From Lama glama (Eukaryota), in the NCBI GenBank assembly GCA_028534125.1, contig CM052818.1, forward strand, positions 30,878,001-30,942,000: 64,000 nucleotides of DNA, given 5' to 3'. Under the pieces are notes generated by a model. The model saw only the letters and a program-made list of their open reading frames with translations, was not told where the DNA came from and ran no database searches. Both the position numbers and the translations under genes were made by a program. The number at the start of each line of letters is the position of its first letter. Positions within the stretch are counted from its first letter, which is position 1. Shown here one piece after another: positions 63,971 through 64,000 of this stretch.

Positions 63971-64000
63971 TAGGCCTTCCGTGGATGGAGGAGAGAGGAA

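Larger units (their letters stand above)
2826..64000 (+). other. GALNT14: GALNT14 intron 1 (continues beyond window)
   Basis: Starts with GT donor; no segment encoding the expected exon 2 peptide (PSDADWDDLWDQFDERRYL...) seen; repeat-rich. Confidence 0.85.

Noticed and set aside
1..64000. CRISPR array, operon, defence island or other novel multi-gene system
   Set aside because: The sequence is a mammalian promoter plus intron; I saw no regularly spaced repeat-spacer array and no gene cluster.

Overview
Mammalian genomic DNA, not microbial. Two tRNA-Ala-derived Vic-1-like SINEs and artiodactyl-type L1 3' ends suggest a camelid. The window holds the CpG-island promoter and first coding exon of GALNT14 (polypeptide N-acetylgalactosaminyltransferase 14; + strand, CDS 2697-2825), followed by about 61 kb of intron 1, which runs past the window end; I did not find canonical exon 2. 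The intron is mostly fossil repeats (L1, L2, MIR, Vic-1, MLT1 LTRs, hAT DNA transposons) with a 500-N gap. I found no evidence of a novel multi-gene system. The most notable observations are: (1) apparent orthologues of two alternative exons of a human GALNT14 isoform recalled from memory, one a possible 104-nt frameshifting cassette and one inside an antisense L1 with stop codons; (2) an L1 RT fragment that is both inverted and 3'-truncated yet has a perfect 15-bp TSD; (3) a ~40-bp micro-retrocopy with ATTAAA, poly(A) and a TSD; (4) a spurious gap with identical 23-bp flanks. Repeat family names come from pattern recognition and repeat boundaries are approximate.
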